A DNA stretch of 64,000 bases, from positions 576,001 to 640,000 of the forward strand of contig CAVXWZ010000011.1 in the NCBI GenBank assembly GCA_963765575.1, in the 5' to 3' direction. The stretch is from an uncultured cyanobacterium. GTDB taxonomy: Bacteria; Cyanobacteriota; Cyanobacteriia; PCC-6307; Cyanobiaceae. The notes beneath the pieces were generated by a model. The model was not told where the DNA came from, ran no database searches, and worked only from the letters and a program-made list of their open reading frames with translations. Positions 1-9,566 of the stretch are shown here, one piece after another; position 1 is the stretch's first letter, and each line of letters opens with the position of its first letter. Both the position numbers and the translations under genes were made by a program.

Positions 1-417
1 GCTCGCCATCGGGCTCGAGCAGCAGCAGGTTGCTGTGCCGCCCCATCAGCTCCGCCACCAGCCAGCGCTGCGGTGGCTCGCCAGGGCGGCGGGCGAAGCC
101 GAGCTCCAGCACCCGCTCCCAGCCGGCTTGCTGCAGGCTCACCAGGGCCAGCCCACCGAGCCCGTGCTGGAGCTGCTGGGCCAGGGTGCTGCCCTCACCC
201 TGGCGCGGGGCGGTGGCGCGATGGCGTGCACCCGGGCCGCCTCGGCCTGCCAGCTCAGCTCCAGCCACTGCATCCCCTGCAGGTGGCGCAGCCCCAGCTG
301 GATGGTGCCCGGGCCGGCCTGCTGGGCTTTTTCCAGGCGGCTGGGCAGCAGCAGGCGCCGCCATTCGGCCAGCACCGCCTTGAGGCTGGTCACATCCAGG
401 GACTGGAGGCTCGCCAT
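1..417 (-). pseudogene. rqcH: NFACT/RqcH (fibronectin-binding domain) family protein, 5' part; frameshifted near 203-206 and running off the window edge
   Basis: The N-terminus [28 protein letters not shown] continues in a shifted frame as [40 protein letters not shown], which matches the [14 protein letters not shown] motif. Confidence 0.8.
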
Positions 418-478
418 GGCTGCGCTCGAGCCCTGCCGCGCGTGCTTCTACTCTGCAGCCCTGCCGCGTGCATTCCCC

Positions 479-1033
479 ATGGCCCGACTCACCGTGATCA
501 CCGGTCCGAGCGGGGTGGGCAAGGGCACGCTGGTGGCCGAGCTGTTGCGGCGCCATCCCGAACTCTGGCTGTCGGTGTCGGCCACCACCAGGCCCCCCAG
601 GCCCGGCGAACAGGAGGGCAGCAGCTACTTCTTCCTCAGCCGCGAGCGCTTCGAGCAGCTGGTGCAGGAGGGGGGATTGCTGGAGTGGGCCGAGTTTGCC
701 GGCAACCGCTACGGAACGCCGCGGCGGCCGGTGGAGGAGCATCTGGAGGCAGGCTGCTCCGTGCTCCTGGAGATTGAACTGGAGGGGGCCCGCCAGCTGC
801 GGCAGACCTTCCCGACCGGCTACCAGCTGTTCATCAAGCCCCCCTCTCTGGAGGAGCTGGAGCGCCGCATCCGTGGGCGGGGCACCGACAGCGAGGAGGC
901 GATCCGCCGCCGGCTGCAGCGGGCCACGGTGGAACTGGCCGCTGAGGAGGAGTTCGATGCGGTGCTGGTCAACGGCGATCTTGAAGCGGCCGTGGCTGAG
1001 CTGGAAGCGGCCCTTGGCCTGGCCCCCGGCTGA
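479..1033 (+). CDS. gmk: guanylate kinase
   Basis: [10 protein letters not shown]-loop, [29 protein letters not shown] at 479. Confidence 0.97.
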   Translation: MARLTVITGPSGVGKGTLVAELLRRHPELWLSVSATTRPPRPGEQEGSSYFFLSRERFEQLVQEGGLLEWAEFAGNRYGTPRRPVEEHLEAGCSVLLEIELEGARQLRQTFPTGYQLFIKPPSLEELERRIRGRGTDSEEAIRRRLQRATVELAAEEEFDAVLVNGDLEAAVAELEAALGLAPG

Positions 1034-1084
1034 TGGCCTGGCCGCAGGCTGAATTGGCCTGCCGAGCCCACACCAGCCGCCATC

Positions 1085-1108
1085 AAAAAGCGGCCCCGGG
1101 GGGCCGCT
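1085..1108 (-). terminator. intrinsic terminator downstream of psaJ
   Basis: Inverted repeat AGCGGCCCC/GGGGCCGCT followed by a T-run on the minus strand (AAAAA at 1085-1089 on plus). Confidence 0.8.
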
Positions 1109-1170
1109 GATCGGATCTGAATGGCAACAGGAATCCCGCGGAAAACGGGGACTGAAGGTGAACCGTGCGC

Positions 1171-1287
1171 TCAGAGCGGGCGCAGGATCAGGTCGGGGAA
1201 GAAGCGGAAAATTTCGATGGTGATGCCGGCCGTGAGGGTGAACCAGACGGCGGCCACGACGGGGGCGGTGGTGAGGAATTTGTTCAT
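1171..1287 (-). CDS. psaJ: photosystem I reaction centre subunit IX (38 aa; not in ORF track)
   Basis: Manual translation [38 protein letters not shown]; directly downstream of psaF. Confidence 0.95.
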   Translation of the reverse strand: MNKFLTTAPVVAAVWFTLTAGITIEIFRFFPDLILRPL

Positions 1288-1298
1288 GGTTCCAGAAA

Positions 1299-1796
1299 TC
1301 AGCGGGGGGAAATGGTCACTTTGGAGTCGGCTTCAACCATTTTTCCGCTGACGAACTCCTGGAAGGCGGCCAGGGGCCAGACGGCAGCCGAGAGGGTGGA
1401 TTTAAACGCCAGCGGCAGATCGATCTGGATTTCCCGCATGGTGGCGCCCTTGCTTTCGCGGATGGCCATCAGGTAGGCGCGGCCGGCCCAGCCGATCGTG
1501 CCAGCGATGTAGAGAAAGAGGAGGCCCGGGATCAGGAAATCACCGGCATGGCTGAAGCGGCCGTCCACGATCAGGCGGGGCAGGCCGTCATCGCCGCAGA
1601 GCGACTGGCTGTACAGGTTGAACCGCGCCTTGGCCTGGTCGGTCTTGGCGGCCGAGGCCCGCTGCTGGAAGCGGGGGCTTTCGGCACAGGGGGTCAGGCC
1701 GGCCACCGAGGCCTCGGCACTGGCTACAGGCGCAAAGCCGACCATCAGGAAGGCCGAGAGCAGTACCGCGCACAGGCGGTGGAGAAGACGTCGCAT
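1299..1796 (-). CDS. psaF: photosystem I reaction centre subunit III
   Basis: Signal peptide then [46 protein letters not shown]. Confidence 0.97.
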   Translation of the reverse strand: MRRLLHRLCAVLLSAFLMVGFAPVASAEASVAGLTPCAESPRFQQRASAAKTDQAKARFNLYSQSLCGDDGLPRLIVDGRFSHAGDFLIPGLLFLYIAGTIGWAGRAYLMAIRESKGATMREIQIDLPLAFKSTLSAAVWPLAAFQEFVSGKMVEADSKVTISPR

Positions 1797-1905
1797 GGAG
1801 AGCCTGGGTAGAAGCCGGAGGAGAGTGCCCTGCGGAGCCCTGGATCGGCGTGGGGCCGCGGGGCAGTATGTAACTCGCGGACAGTAAGGGAGCCTCCTGG
1901 GCGCC

Positions 1906-2961
1906 ATGCCAACGGTTCTGGCCCTCGAAACAAGTTGTGACGAGTCGGCGGCTGCGATTGTGCGCGATCGCGCGGTGCTGGCCAGCGCGGTGGCCTCCCA
2001 GGTGGAGGAGCATGCCCGCTGGGGTGGCGTGGTGCCCGAGATTGCCTCGCGCCGCCATGTGGAGGCCCTCCCCGCCCTGATCGATCGGGTCTGTGGTCAG
2101 GCCGGTGTGCAGCCATCGGCCGTGGATGCCATCGCAGCCACGGCCACCCCCGGGCTGCTGGGGGCCCTGCTGGTGGCCTCGCTCACCGGCCGCACCCTGG
2201 CCCGGCTCCATGGCAAGCCCTTTCTGGGCATCCATCACCTGGAAGGTCACCTCTGCTCGGTGCAGCTCGGAGACCCCTTGCCCCCGGGGCCCTACCTGGT
2301 GCTGTTGGTGAGCGGCGGCCACACCGAGTTGATTCAGGTGGATGGCCCCGGGCTCTACAGGCGGCTGGGGCGCAGCCACGACGACGCGGCTGGCGAGGCC
2401 TTCGACAAGGTGGCCCGCCTGCTGGAGCTGGGCTATCCGGGCGGGCCTGCCATCCAGGCGGTCTCCGCTGCCGGTGATCCCCATCGCTTTCAGCTGCCCA
2501 AGGGGCGGGTGTCGCGGCCAGAGGGCGGCTACTACCCCCACGACTTCAGCTTCAGCGGCCTCAAGACAGCAATGCTGCGGTTGGTGCGGGGGCTGCAGCA
2601 GGCTGGCGAACCGCTGCCGGTGGCCGATCTGGCGGCCAGCTTCGAGCAGGTGGTGGCGGAGGTGCTCGTGGAGCGCAGCTGTCGCTGTGCCCGTGATCTG
2701 GGCCTCGACACGCTTGTGCTCGTGGGCGGAGTGGCCGCCAACCGGCGACTGCGGGCCCTGCTGCAGGAGCGGGCCAGTCGCGATGGCCTGCAGTGGCGGG
2801 TGGCACCGATGGCCTACTGCACCGACAACGCGGCGATGATCGGGGTGGCCGCCTGTCAGCGCCTGGAGCTGGGCCAGAGCAGCCCGGGCAACCTCGGCGT
2901 GGCGCCCCGCTGGCCGCTGGAGCAGGCGGCCCGGCTGTATGAGCCTCAGGCCTGCTTCTGA
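1906..2961 (+). CDS. tsaD: tRNA threonylcarbamoyltransferase TsaD
   Basis: [41 protein letters not shown]. Confidence 0.97.
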   Translation: MPTVLALETSCDESAAAIVRDRAVLASAVASQVEEHARWGGVVPEIASRRHVEALPALIDRVCGQAGVQPSAVDAIAATATPGLLGALLVASLTGRTLARLHGKPFLGIHHLEGHLCSVQLGDPLPPGPYLVLLVSGGHTELIQVDGPGLYRRLGRSHDDAAGEAFDKVARLLELGYPGGPAIQAVSAAGDPHRFQLPKGRVSRPEGGYYPHDFSFSGLKTAMLRLVRGLQQAGEPLPVADLAASFEQVVAEVLVERSCRCARDLGLDTLVLVGGVAANRRLRALLQERASRDGLQWRVAPMAYCTDNAAMIGVAACQRLELGQSSPGNLGVAPRWPLEQAARLYEPQACF

Positions 2962-3053
2962 ATGGCGTGGATGTGGGTTCGGTCGTCCTGAGAGTGACGC
3001 GCGTGAGCTCCCATCCAGCAGGCCTATTCTGAAGAAAGAATTGGCGGTTCCCC

Positions 3054-3287
3054 ATGGCCCCCGCAGACCCTGACATTGCCAGAGAGCCAGGGTCTGTCGA
3101 CGCAGAGGCTCGGTCGGCTGAAGCCCATGCCGCCGACCCCGGCCATGAGCCGGTGAGCCCCACCGAACTCAACGCCTGGCGGCGTGGCTTCACGCCCCAG
3201 GCTGAGATCTGGAATGGTCGGTTGGCCATGGTGGGCCTCTCGGTGGGACTGACGGTGCTGTTGATCGCCCGCCTGGCCACCCTCTAG
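3054..3287 (+). CDS. hli: high-light-inducible protein (single-helix CAB-like)
   Basis: WRRGFTPQAEIWNGRLAMVG, the ExxNGRxAM chlorophyll-binding motif. Confidence 0.9.
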   Translation: MAPADPDIAREPGSVDAEARSAEAHAADPGHEPVSPTELNAWRRGFTPQAEIWNGRLAMVGLSVGLTVLLIARLATL

Positions 3288-4438
3288 CCGGTGCGGCCGC
3301 GCAGTGCCTGCAGGAGTTCCCTGGGCTTGAGGCTCTCGGCCAGTGCCTCGTCCGGTCCCACCCGGCCGGCTTCCACCAGGTCCAACAGCGACTGATTGCT
3401 GGTGATCATGCCGTCGAAGCGGCTGCGGCGCATGATCTCCTCCACCTCATCGAGTTCGCCGCGCTGGATGTAGTCCTTGCAGGCGTCGGTGTTGATCAGG
3501 ATGTCCTGGTAAGCGGTGCGTCCGCCATCGGTGGTCCTGATCAGACCCTGGGCGATCACCGCCAGCAACGACTCGGCCACCGCCTGGCGAACGCTCTCCT
3601 GCTCGCTGGGGGGGTGCATGCCCAGCACCCGCTCCACGGTCTTGACGGCGGAGTTGGTGTGCAGGGTGCCCAACACCAGCTGTCCGGTCTGGGAGGCCTC
3701 AATGGCGGTGGCCAGGGTGAGCCGGTCGCGGATCTCGCCGATCAGGATCACATCCGGGTCCTCCCGCATCGACGCCCGCAAGGCGTTGGCGAACTGCATG
3801 GTGTGCAGACCCACCTGACGCTGGCGGATCAGGGACTCGCGGCTCTGGTGGACATATTCGATCGGATCCTCGATCGTCACCACGTGACGGCCCATGTGGC
3901 GGTTGATCCAGTCGACCATCGCCGCCAGGGTGGTGGTCTTGCCGCAGCCGGTGGGTCCCGTCACCAGCACCATCCCCTTGGGTCGGGTGCAGAGCTCCGT
4001 GAGCACGGGGGGCATGCCCAGCTCGTTGAGGCTGGGGATCTCGTGGGGGATCAGCCGCAGCACCATGGCTGGACCGTGCAGGGTGCGGAGCAGGTTGATG
4101 CGCACCCGTGCGAAGGCAAAGGCGTGGGCGCTGTCCAGTTCTTTCTTGCGCTCAAAGCGCTCGATCTCGTCAGGCCCGAGGATTTCGCCCAGCCAGCGCT
4201 GGAACGTGCCCGGGTCGGTGGCCGGCCAGCCTGTGCGCGCCATCATCCCGCGGCAGCGGTAGCGGGGTTCCTCACCCACGCCCAGGTGCAGGTCGGAGTA
4301 GGCGCGCTCGTGGGCCAGGCGCACCATCGCTTCGAGATCGGCGGGCGGGTCGCCGAAGGCCAACGGGGCCGCTGGCAGAGGCGGAGCTCGCAGGGCTGAA
4401 GCCGGCGGCGGTGAGGGGGGCAGCGGCGCGGTCGTCAT
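3284..4438 (-). CDS. pilT: PilT/PilU family type IV pilus ATPase
   Basis: SDLHL, GPTGCGKTTT, TIEDPIEY, REDPDVILIGEIRD, GTLHTNSA; ATG at 4438 chosen as start. Confidence 0.9.
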   Translation of the reverse strand: MTTAPLPPSPPPASALRAPPLPAAPLAFGDPPADLEAMVRLAHERAYSDLHLGVGEEPRYRCRGMMARTGWPATDPGTFQRWLGEILGPDEIERFERKKELDSAHAFAFARVRINLLRTLHGPAMVLRLIPHEIPSLNELGMPPVLTELCTRPKGMVLVTGPTGCGKTTTLAAMVDWINRHMGRHVVTIEDPIEYVHQSRESLIRQRQVGLHTMQFANALRASMREDPDVILIGEIRDRLTLATAIEASQTGQLVLGTLHTNSAVKTVERVLGMHPPSEQESVRQAVAESLLAVIAQGLIRTTDGGRTAYQDILINTDACKDYIQRGELDEVEEIMRRSRFDGMITSNQSLLDLVEAGRVGPDEALAESLKPRELLQALRGRTG

Positions 4439-4551
4439 TGAGCAACACCAGTGTGATCTCAGCTTCGCCGCCCTGGCTCTGTCTGTCACCCCAGACCGTC
4501 AGTTGCGGGCGCGCTCCGTAGGATCCGCCCGTTCGCTGCCACCCGCTGCCG

Positions 4552-5667
4552 GTGCCTCAGCCCCTGGTCACGATCGTGCTCGGCACCCGACCCGAGGCGA
4601 TCAAGCTGGCACCGGTGATCCGGGCCTTTCAGGCCGCGCCCGCCTTCCGCACCCGCGTGGTGCTCACCGGCCAGCACCGCGAAATGGTGAGCCAGGTGAT
4701 GGAGCTGTTCGGCCTCACGGCCGACCACGACCTGGCCCTGATGGCGCCGAAGCAGACCCTCACCCACATCACCTGCGCTGCCCTGCAGGGCCTCAAGAAC
4801 GAATTCGCCGCCCATCGACCCGATCTGGTGCTGGTGCAGGGCGACACCACCACCGCCTTCGCCTCGGCCCTGGCGGCGTTCTACGAGCAGATTCCTGTGG
4901 GTCATGTGGAGGCCGGTCTGCGCACCGACAACCTGCTCGACCCCTTCCCCGAGGAGGCCAACCGTCGCCTGATCTCCCAGCTGGCCCAGCTTCATTTCGC
5001 CCCCACCGAGCGCTCGGCGGCCAACTGCCGCGCCTCGGGCGTCGTGGGTGAGGTGCTGGTCACGGGCAACACCGTGATCGACGCCCTGCTGCAGATGGCG
5101 GAGCGGGCACCGGCCTACACCCTGCCGGGCCTGGATTGGCAGGCCCAGCGGGTCATCCTGGCCACGGTGCACCGGCGGGAGAACTGGGGCTCACGTCTGC
5201 TGGAGATCGGCCGGGGGTTCCTGGAGCTGCTGGAGCGCTTCCCCGACGCGGCCCTGCTGCTGCCGCTGCACCGCAACCCCACCGTGCGTGAGCCCCTGCA
5301 GGCCCTGCTGGGCAGCCATCCGCGCGCCTTCCTCACCGAGCCCCTCGACTACGACCAGCTGGTGGCGGCAATGCGGGGCTGCAGCCTGGTGCTCACCGAC
5401 TCCGGTGGCTTGCAGGAGGAGGCCCCGGCCCTGGGCAAGCCGGTGCTGGTGCTGCGCCGCACCACCGAGCGGCCCGAGGCGGTGGACGCCGGCACGGCAA
5501 GGCTGATCGGCACGGCCACGGCGGACATCACCAGCGCAGCCAGCCGTCTGCTCAGTGATGACGACGCCTACGACGCCATGGCCCGGGCCCACAATCCCTT
5601 CGGTGACGGCCAGGCCAGCGGTCGCATCGTGGCGGCGGCCCGGCGTTTTCTCGGCGTTGCCGCCTGA
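4552..5667 (+). CDS. wecB: UDP-N-acetylglucosamine 2-epimerase (non-hydrolysing)
   Basis: GTRPEAIK, TGQHREM, QGDTTT, HVEAGLRT, TDSGGLQEEAP, NPFGDG. Confidence 0.96.
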   Translation: MPQPLVTIVLGTRPEAIKLAPVIRAFQAAPAFRTRVVLTGQHREMVSQVMELFGLTADHDLALMAPKQTLTHITCAALQGLKNEFAAHRPDLVLVQGDTTTAFASALAAFYEQIPVGHVEAGLRTDNLLDPFPEEANRRLISQLAQLHFAPTERSAANCRASGVVGEVLVTGNTVIDALLQMAERAPAYTLPGLDWQAQRVILATVHRRENWGSRLLEIGRGFLELLERFPDAALLLPLHRNPTVREPLQALLGSHPRAFLTEPLDYDQLVAAMRGCSLVLTDSGGLQEEAPALGKPVLVLRRTTERPEAVDAGTARLIGTATADITSAASRLLSDDDAYDAMARAHNPFGDGQASGRIVAAARRFLGVAA

Positions 5668-5673
5668 AGCCGC

Positions 5674-6831
5674 TCAGCGGCTGCGGTCGGACCAGGGCGG
5701 CAGGTCGATGAACACCCGGGTGCCGGGCTCCAGCCCGGAGAGGATCTCGGTGTCGCGGCCGCTGCTGATGCCCAGTTCCACCGGCTGAAACAGGGGCTGA
5801 CGGTCGTCGTCCACGAGCAGCACCCCGGGGCGCCCCTCCTCGGTGACGATCGCCACGGTGGGCACCAGGGTCTGGGCCTGCACGGCGCCGGTCTGGAAGC
5901 CCACATCGGCGGTCATGCCGATGCGCAGATCGGGTTGGCGCTCCAGAAAGTCCAGATACACATCGAAGGAGGTGACGTTGTTGAGCTTCACAGCCCGCGG
6001 GGTGATCCGCTTCACCCGCACGGCGAAGCTGCGCTCGGGAAAGGCATCCACGCGTACCTGGGCCTGCTGGCCCTCGCGGATCCGGCCGATGTCGCTTTCG
6101 GGCACCTTGGCCACCACCTCCAGCCCCTGGGACAACTCCACGATGGAAGAACTGGTGGCGCCGGCGACGGCGGCGGCGGTGGTCGTGGGGGTGACGAAAG
6201 AGCCCGGATCAGCGAAGCGCTGGGTGATCACGCCATCGAAGGGGGCGCGCACGATCAGTTCGTCCTTCTCCACCCGGCGGGCCGCGAGCCGCTGGCGGGC
6301 CGCCTGCACAGCCGCGATGTCCACCTCAAAGGTGCTGCGCACGGTATTGAAGTCGCTGAGGCTGATGGCGCGCTCTCGGAACAGCCGCTCATTGCGCTCC
6401 ACCTCGCTGCGGCTGCGCACCAGCTGGGCCTCGGCGGAGCGCACCTGGGCCTGCAGTTCACGGATCCTTTCGTTCAGGTCACCGTCGTCCATGCGGGCCA
6501 GGGGCTGGCCCCGATTCACGATGTCCCCCTCCTCCACGAACAGCTCCTCCAGCACCCCCTGGCGCTTGGGACTGACGTTCACCCGCTGCTCGGCCTCCAG
6601 CTCCCCGGAGGCGCTCACCACGCCCGGCAACTCTCCGGAGCTGGCCAGCACCGTGTAGGGGCCGAGGTCGGCCTGCCGGGCGCCACGCTGGCGTTGCCAC
6701 AGGCCCACGGCAACCACCATCACCACCACGGCGGTGATGGCCGCCCACAGCCGGCGCTGTCGCCAGGGCGGCGCTGGCTGCGGTGCGCGCAAGGGCGTGG
6801 GGCTGGTGGGGGGGGGAGCGCTGGGCGCCAC
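5674..6831 (-). CDS. efflux RND/ABC periplasmic adaptor subunit (HlyD/MacA-like)
   Basis: N-terminal TM helix, lipoyl-like VEEGDIV..GQPLARMD, coiled hairpin, RAPFDGVI, LRIGMTA. Confidence 0.9.
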   Translation of the reverse strand: MAPSAPPPTSPTPLRAPQPAPPWRQRRLWAAITAVVVMVVAVGLWQRQRGARQADLGPYTVLASSGELPGVVSASGELEAEQRVNVSPKRQGVLEELFVEEGDIVNRGQPLARMDDGDLNERIRELQAQVRSAEAQLVRSRSEVERNERLFRERAISLSDFNTVRSTFEVDIAAVQAARQRLAARRVEKDELIVRAPFDGVITQRFADPGSFVTPTTTAAAVAGATSSSIVELSQGLEVVAKVPESDIGRIREGQQAQVRVDAFPERSFAVRVKRITPRAVKLNNVTSFDVYLDFLERQPDLRIGMTADVGFQTGAVQAQTLVPTVAIVTEEGRPGVLLVDDDRQPLFQPVELGISSGRDTEILSGLEPGTRVFIDLPPWSDRSR

Positions 6832-6971
6832 CCGACGCAGGGGGCTGGGGGCGGGAATCGGGCTGCATGCCGCTGATCCCAGTTTCGCGGTTGGGCTTCA
6901 CTGGCGGCGAGTCCTGCCCCTGCCGCTGAGCGCGCAGTCGCCGTTGGCCGGGCGCTCCGTAGATTCCAGCC

Positions 6972-8063
6972 ATGCTCAAAGCCGGAATCGTCGGGTTGCC
7001 CAACGTGGGCAAATCCACCCTCTTCAACGCCCTCGTGGCCAACGCCCAGGCGGAGGCCGCCAACTATCCCTTCTGCACGATCGAGCCCAACTCGGGGGTG
7101 GTGGCGGTCCCCGACCCGCGCCTGGACCAACTCACGGCCCTCAGTGCCAGCCGGGAGACCGTCCCCACGCGGGTTGAGTTCGTGGACATCGCCGGGTTGG
7201 TCAAGGGTGCCAGCCAGGGTGAAGGGCTGGGCAACAAGTTTCTGGCCAACATCCGCGAGGTGGATGCCATCGTCCACGTGGTGCGCTGTTTCGACAACGA
7301 CGACGTGATCCACGTGTCGGGATCGGTGGATCCGCTGCGCGACGCCGAAGTGATCAACCTGGAGCTGGGCCTGGCCGACCTCAGCCAGGTGGAGAAGCGT
7401 CGCGATCGCCTCAAGAAACAGGTGCGCACGAGCCAGGAGGCCCAGGCTGAAGATGCGGCCCTGGAGCGCATCCAGCTGGTGCTGGAGGCTGGTGGCGCCG
7501 CCCGCAGCGTCACCCTGGCCCCGGAGGAGGCCGCAGCGATCCGGCCCCTGGGGCTGCTCTCCGCCAAGCCGATCATCTATGCCACCAACGTCAGTGAGGA
7601 CGACCTCGCCGGTGGCAACGGCCACACCGAGGCGGTGGTGGCACTCGCCGCCCGCGAAGGTGCCGCCGTGGTGCGCATCTCCGCCCAGGTGGAGGCCGAG
7701 CTGATCGAGCTGCCGGAGGAGGATCGGGCCGAGTTTCTGGCCGGGCTGGGTGTGGAGGAGGGCGGACTGCAAAGCCTGATCCGCGCCACCTACGGCCTGC
7801 TGGGCCTGCGCACCTACTTCACCACCGGCGAAAAGGAGACCCGCGCCTGGACGATCACAGCCGGCATGACCGCACCCCAGGCCGCCGGGGTGATTCACAC
7901 CGACTTTGAGCGGGGCTTCATCCGCGCCCAGACGATCGGCTGCGGGCAGCTGCTGGAGGCCGGATCCCTGGCCGCGGCCCGCCAGCGGGGCTGGCTGCGG
8001 GCCGAGGGCAAGGACTACGTGGTGGCGGAAGGCGACGTGATGGAGTTCCTGTTCAACGTGTGA
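6972..8063 (+). CDS. ychF: redox-regulated ATPase YchF
   Basis: [49 protein letters not shown]. Confidence 0.98.
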   Translation: MLKAGIVGLPNVGKSTLFNALVANAQAEAANYPFCTIEPNSGVVAVPDPRLDQLTALSASRETVPTRVEFVDIAGLVKGASQGEGLGNKFLANIREVDAIVHVVRCFDNDDVIHVSGSVDPLRDAEVINLELGLADLSQVEKRRDRLKKQVRTSQEAQAEDAALERIQLVLEAGGAARSVTLAPEEAAAIRPLGLLSAKPIIYATNVSEDDLAGGNGHTEAVVALAAREGAAVVRISAQVEAELIELPEEDRAEFLAGLGVEEGGLQSLIRATYGLLGLRTYFTTGEKETRAWTITAGMTAPQAAGVIHTDFERGFIRAQTIGCGQLLEAGSLAAARQRGWLRAEGKDYVVAEGDVMEFLFNV

Positions 8064-8353
8064 TGCTGGAGAGAGCCGCCACCGTCGGGATGACCGCGCA
8101 GCAGCCCTCCCCTTTCCCCAGCGCCGAGAACTCCTCCCAGGGGGAGCAGCCATCCAAGGGTCAGCAGCCATCCCAGGGTCAGCAGCCATCCCAGGGCCTG
8201 CCCCATGATTTCGACGTGCAGAAAGACCTGCACCGCCAGATCCGCAATGACCCCGACTACGACGACTGGGAGTACGGCACCGAACCCCTGCCCCATGAGG
8301 CCTGGGTCAAGCGCCAGGACGCGGACCGGTCGCGTGCTGATTCCGGGGCCTGA
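8060..8353 (+). CDS. small hypothetical protein with QQPSQG repeats and HRQIRNDPDYDDWEYGTEP motif
   Basis: Overlaps the ychF stop (GTGA); GC3-rich codons in the motif region; start could also be 8063 or 8090. Confidence 0.65.
   Translation: MMLERAATVGMTAQQPSPFPSAENSSQGEQPSKGQQPSQGQQPSQGLPHDFDVQKDLHRQIRNDPDYDDWEYGTEPLPHEAWVKRQDADRSRADSGA
8135..8197 (+). repeat. 18-bp imperfect tandem repeat, about 3.5 copies, in frame
   Basis: TCCCAGGGTCAGCAGCCA units encoding SQGEQP-SKGQQP-SQGQQP-SQG. Confidence 0.9.
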
Positions 8354-9566
8354 TCCATCCCAGCAGCAGCAGCCCACTGGCACAGAGTGCCGCCATCACG
8401 AGCCAGAGGCTGGCGCCATGGCCCTGGCCGTCCAGTGCCAGCCCCGCCAGCGGTGGGGCAATCAGGGCACTGATGGCGAAACACTGGGAGAACAGCGCCA
8501 TCGCTACGCCCTGATGCTCCTCCGGGGTGATCTCGATCACCGCCTCGGTGGCGATGGGCAGGAAGGCCGCCTGGCCCACGGCCAGGGGCAACTGGGCCAC
8601 CACCACCAGCCACACCCCGCCCACCAGCAGGGCGGAGAGTGAGAGCAGGGCCGTGCCCACGGCGAAGCTCGCCAGGCTGAGAGCCAGACCCATCGCCACC
8701 GGCCGCCGCGCCAGGGTTCGGCCCAGGGGCCACTGGATCAGCACCAGCAGGCCCAGTTGCAGGCCGATCAGCAGGGCCCCCAGGCTCTCGGGCAGCGCCC
8801 CGCGCCGCAGCCCACCGCGCACCAGATCCAGCGGCAGGGCGCTCTGCATCAGGGCCGGAACGGAGGTGGCCAGCAAAGCGATGGCCAGCACCGGCAGCAG
8901 CGCCTGCAGCCACGGCCCCCAGCGCCGTGTCCCGGCACCCGGCGCCCGGCGATGGGGATCGGGAAGGGGCCGCAGCACCAGCAGCAGCACCATGACGCTG
9001 AGGCAGGCGATGTCGAGCAGGTAGACGCCCCGCAGCAGGCCCACGGCCGCCAGGACCGCCCCCAGCAGGGCTCCGCAGGCGATGCCGGTGGCATCGGCGC
9101 TGCGCACCAGGGCAAAGCCGCGGGCTGAGGGGATCGGCGCCGGTCCCGTGGAGCAGCTCAGGGGCACGGCCAGCTCGATCGCCGGCCAGTAGAAGCCCAT
9201 GGAGATGCCCAGCAGGAGCTGACCGAGCAGGTAGCCGGGAAACTCCCGGGCGCCGAACAGGGTGGTGTCGGCGGCCAGCGACAGCAGGGCCGCCAGCAGC
9301 ACCGGCAGGGAGCAGTTCAGCCCCCGGTCCAGCAGCAGCCCGCAGAGAAAGCGCCCCAGCGTTCCGGCCAGGGCGGCCAGGGCCAGCCCCTGGGTGACGC
9401 TGGTGGCGCTGAAGGCCTCCTGGTGAAACACCATGGGCGTGAGGTAGAGCACCCCCCCGGCTCCGATGGAGCCCACCAGCCGCAGCAGCGCCACCTCGCG
9501 CAGGGCGGGGGGAAACTGGGAACACCAGCGCCGGATCCCCACTTCAGGTGGACGGGCCGCATCCAT
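8307..9566 (-). CDS. MFS transporter
   Basis: About 12 hydrophobic segments, GLLLDRG motif A variant, PEEHQGVAMALFS. Confidence 0.85.
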   Translation of the reverse strand: MDAARPPEVGIRRWCSQFPPALREVALLRLVGSIGAGGVLYLTPMVFHQEAFSATSVTQGLALAALAGTLGRFLCGLLLDRGLNCSLPVLLAALLSLAADTTLFGAREFPGYLLGQLLLGISMGFYWPAIELAVPLSCSTGPAPIPSARGFALVRSADATGIACGALLGAVLAAVGLLRGVYLLDIACLSVMVLLLVLRPLPDPHRRAPGAGTRRWGPWLQALLPVLAIALLATSVPALMQSALPLDLVRGGLRRGALPESLGALLIGLQLGLLVLIQWPLGRTLARRPVAMGLALSLASFAVGTALLSLSALLVGGVWLVVVAQLPLAVGQAAFLPIATEAVIEITPEEHQGVAMALFSQCFAISALIAPPLAGLALDGQGHGASLWLVMAALCASGLLLLGWIRPRNQHATGPRPGA

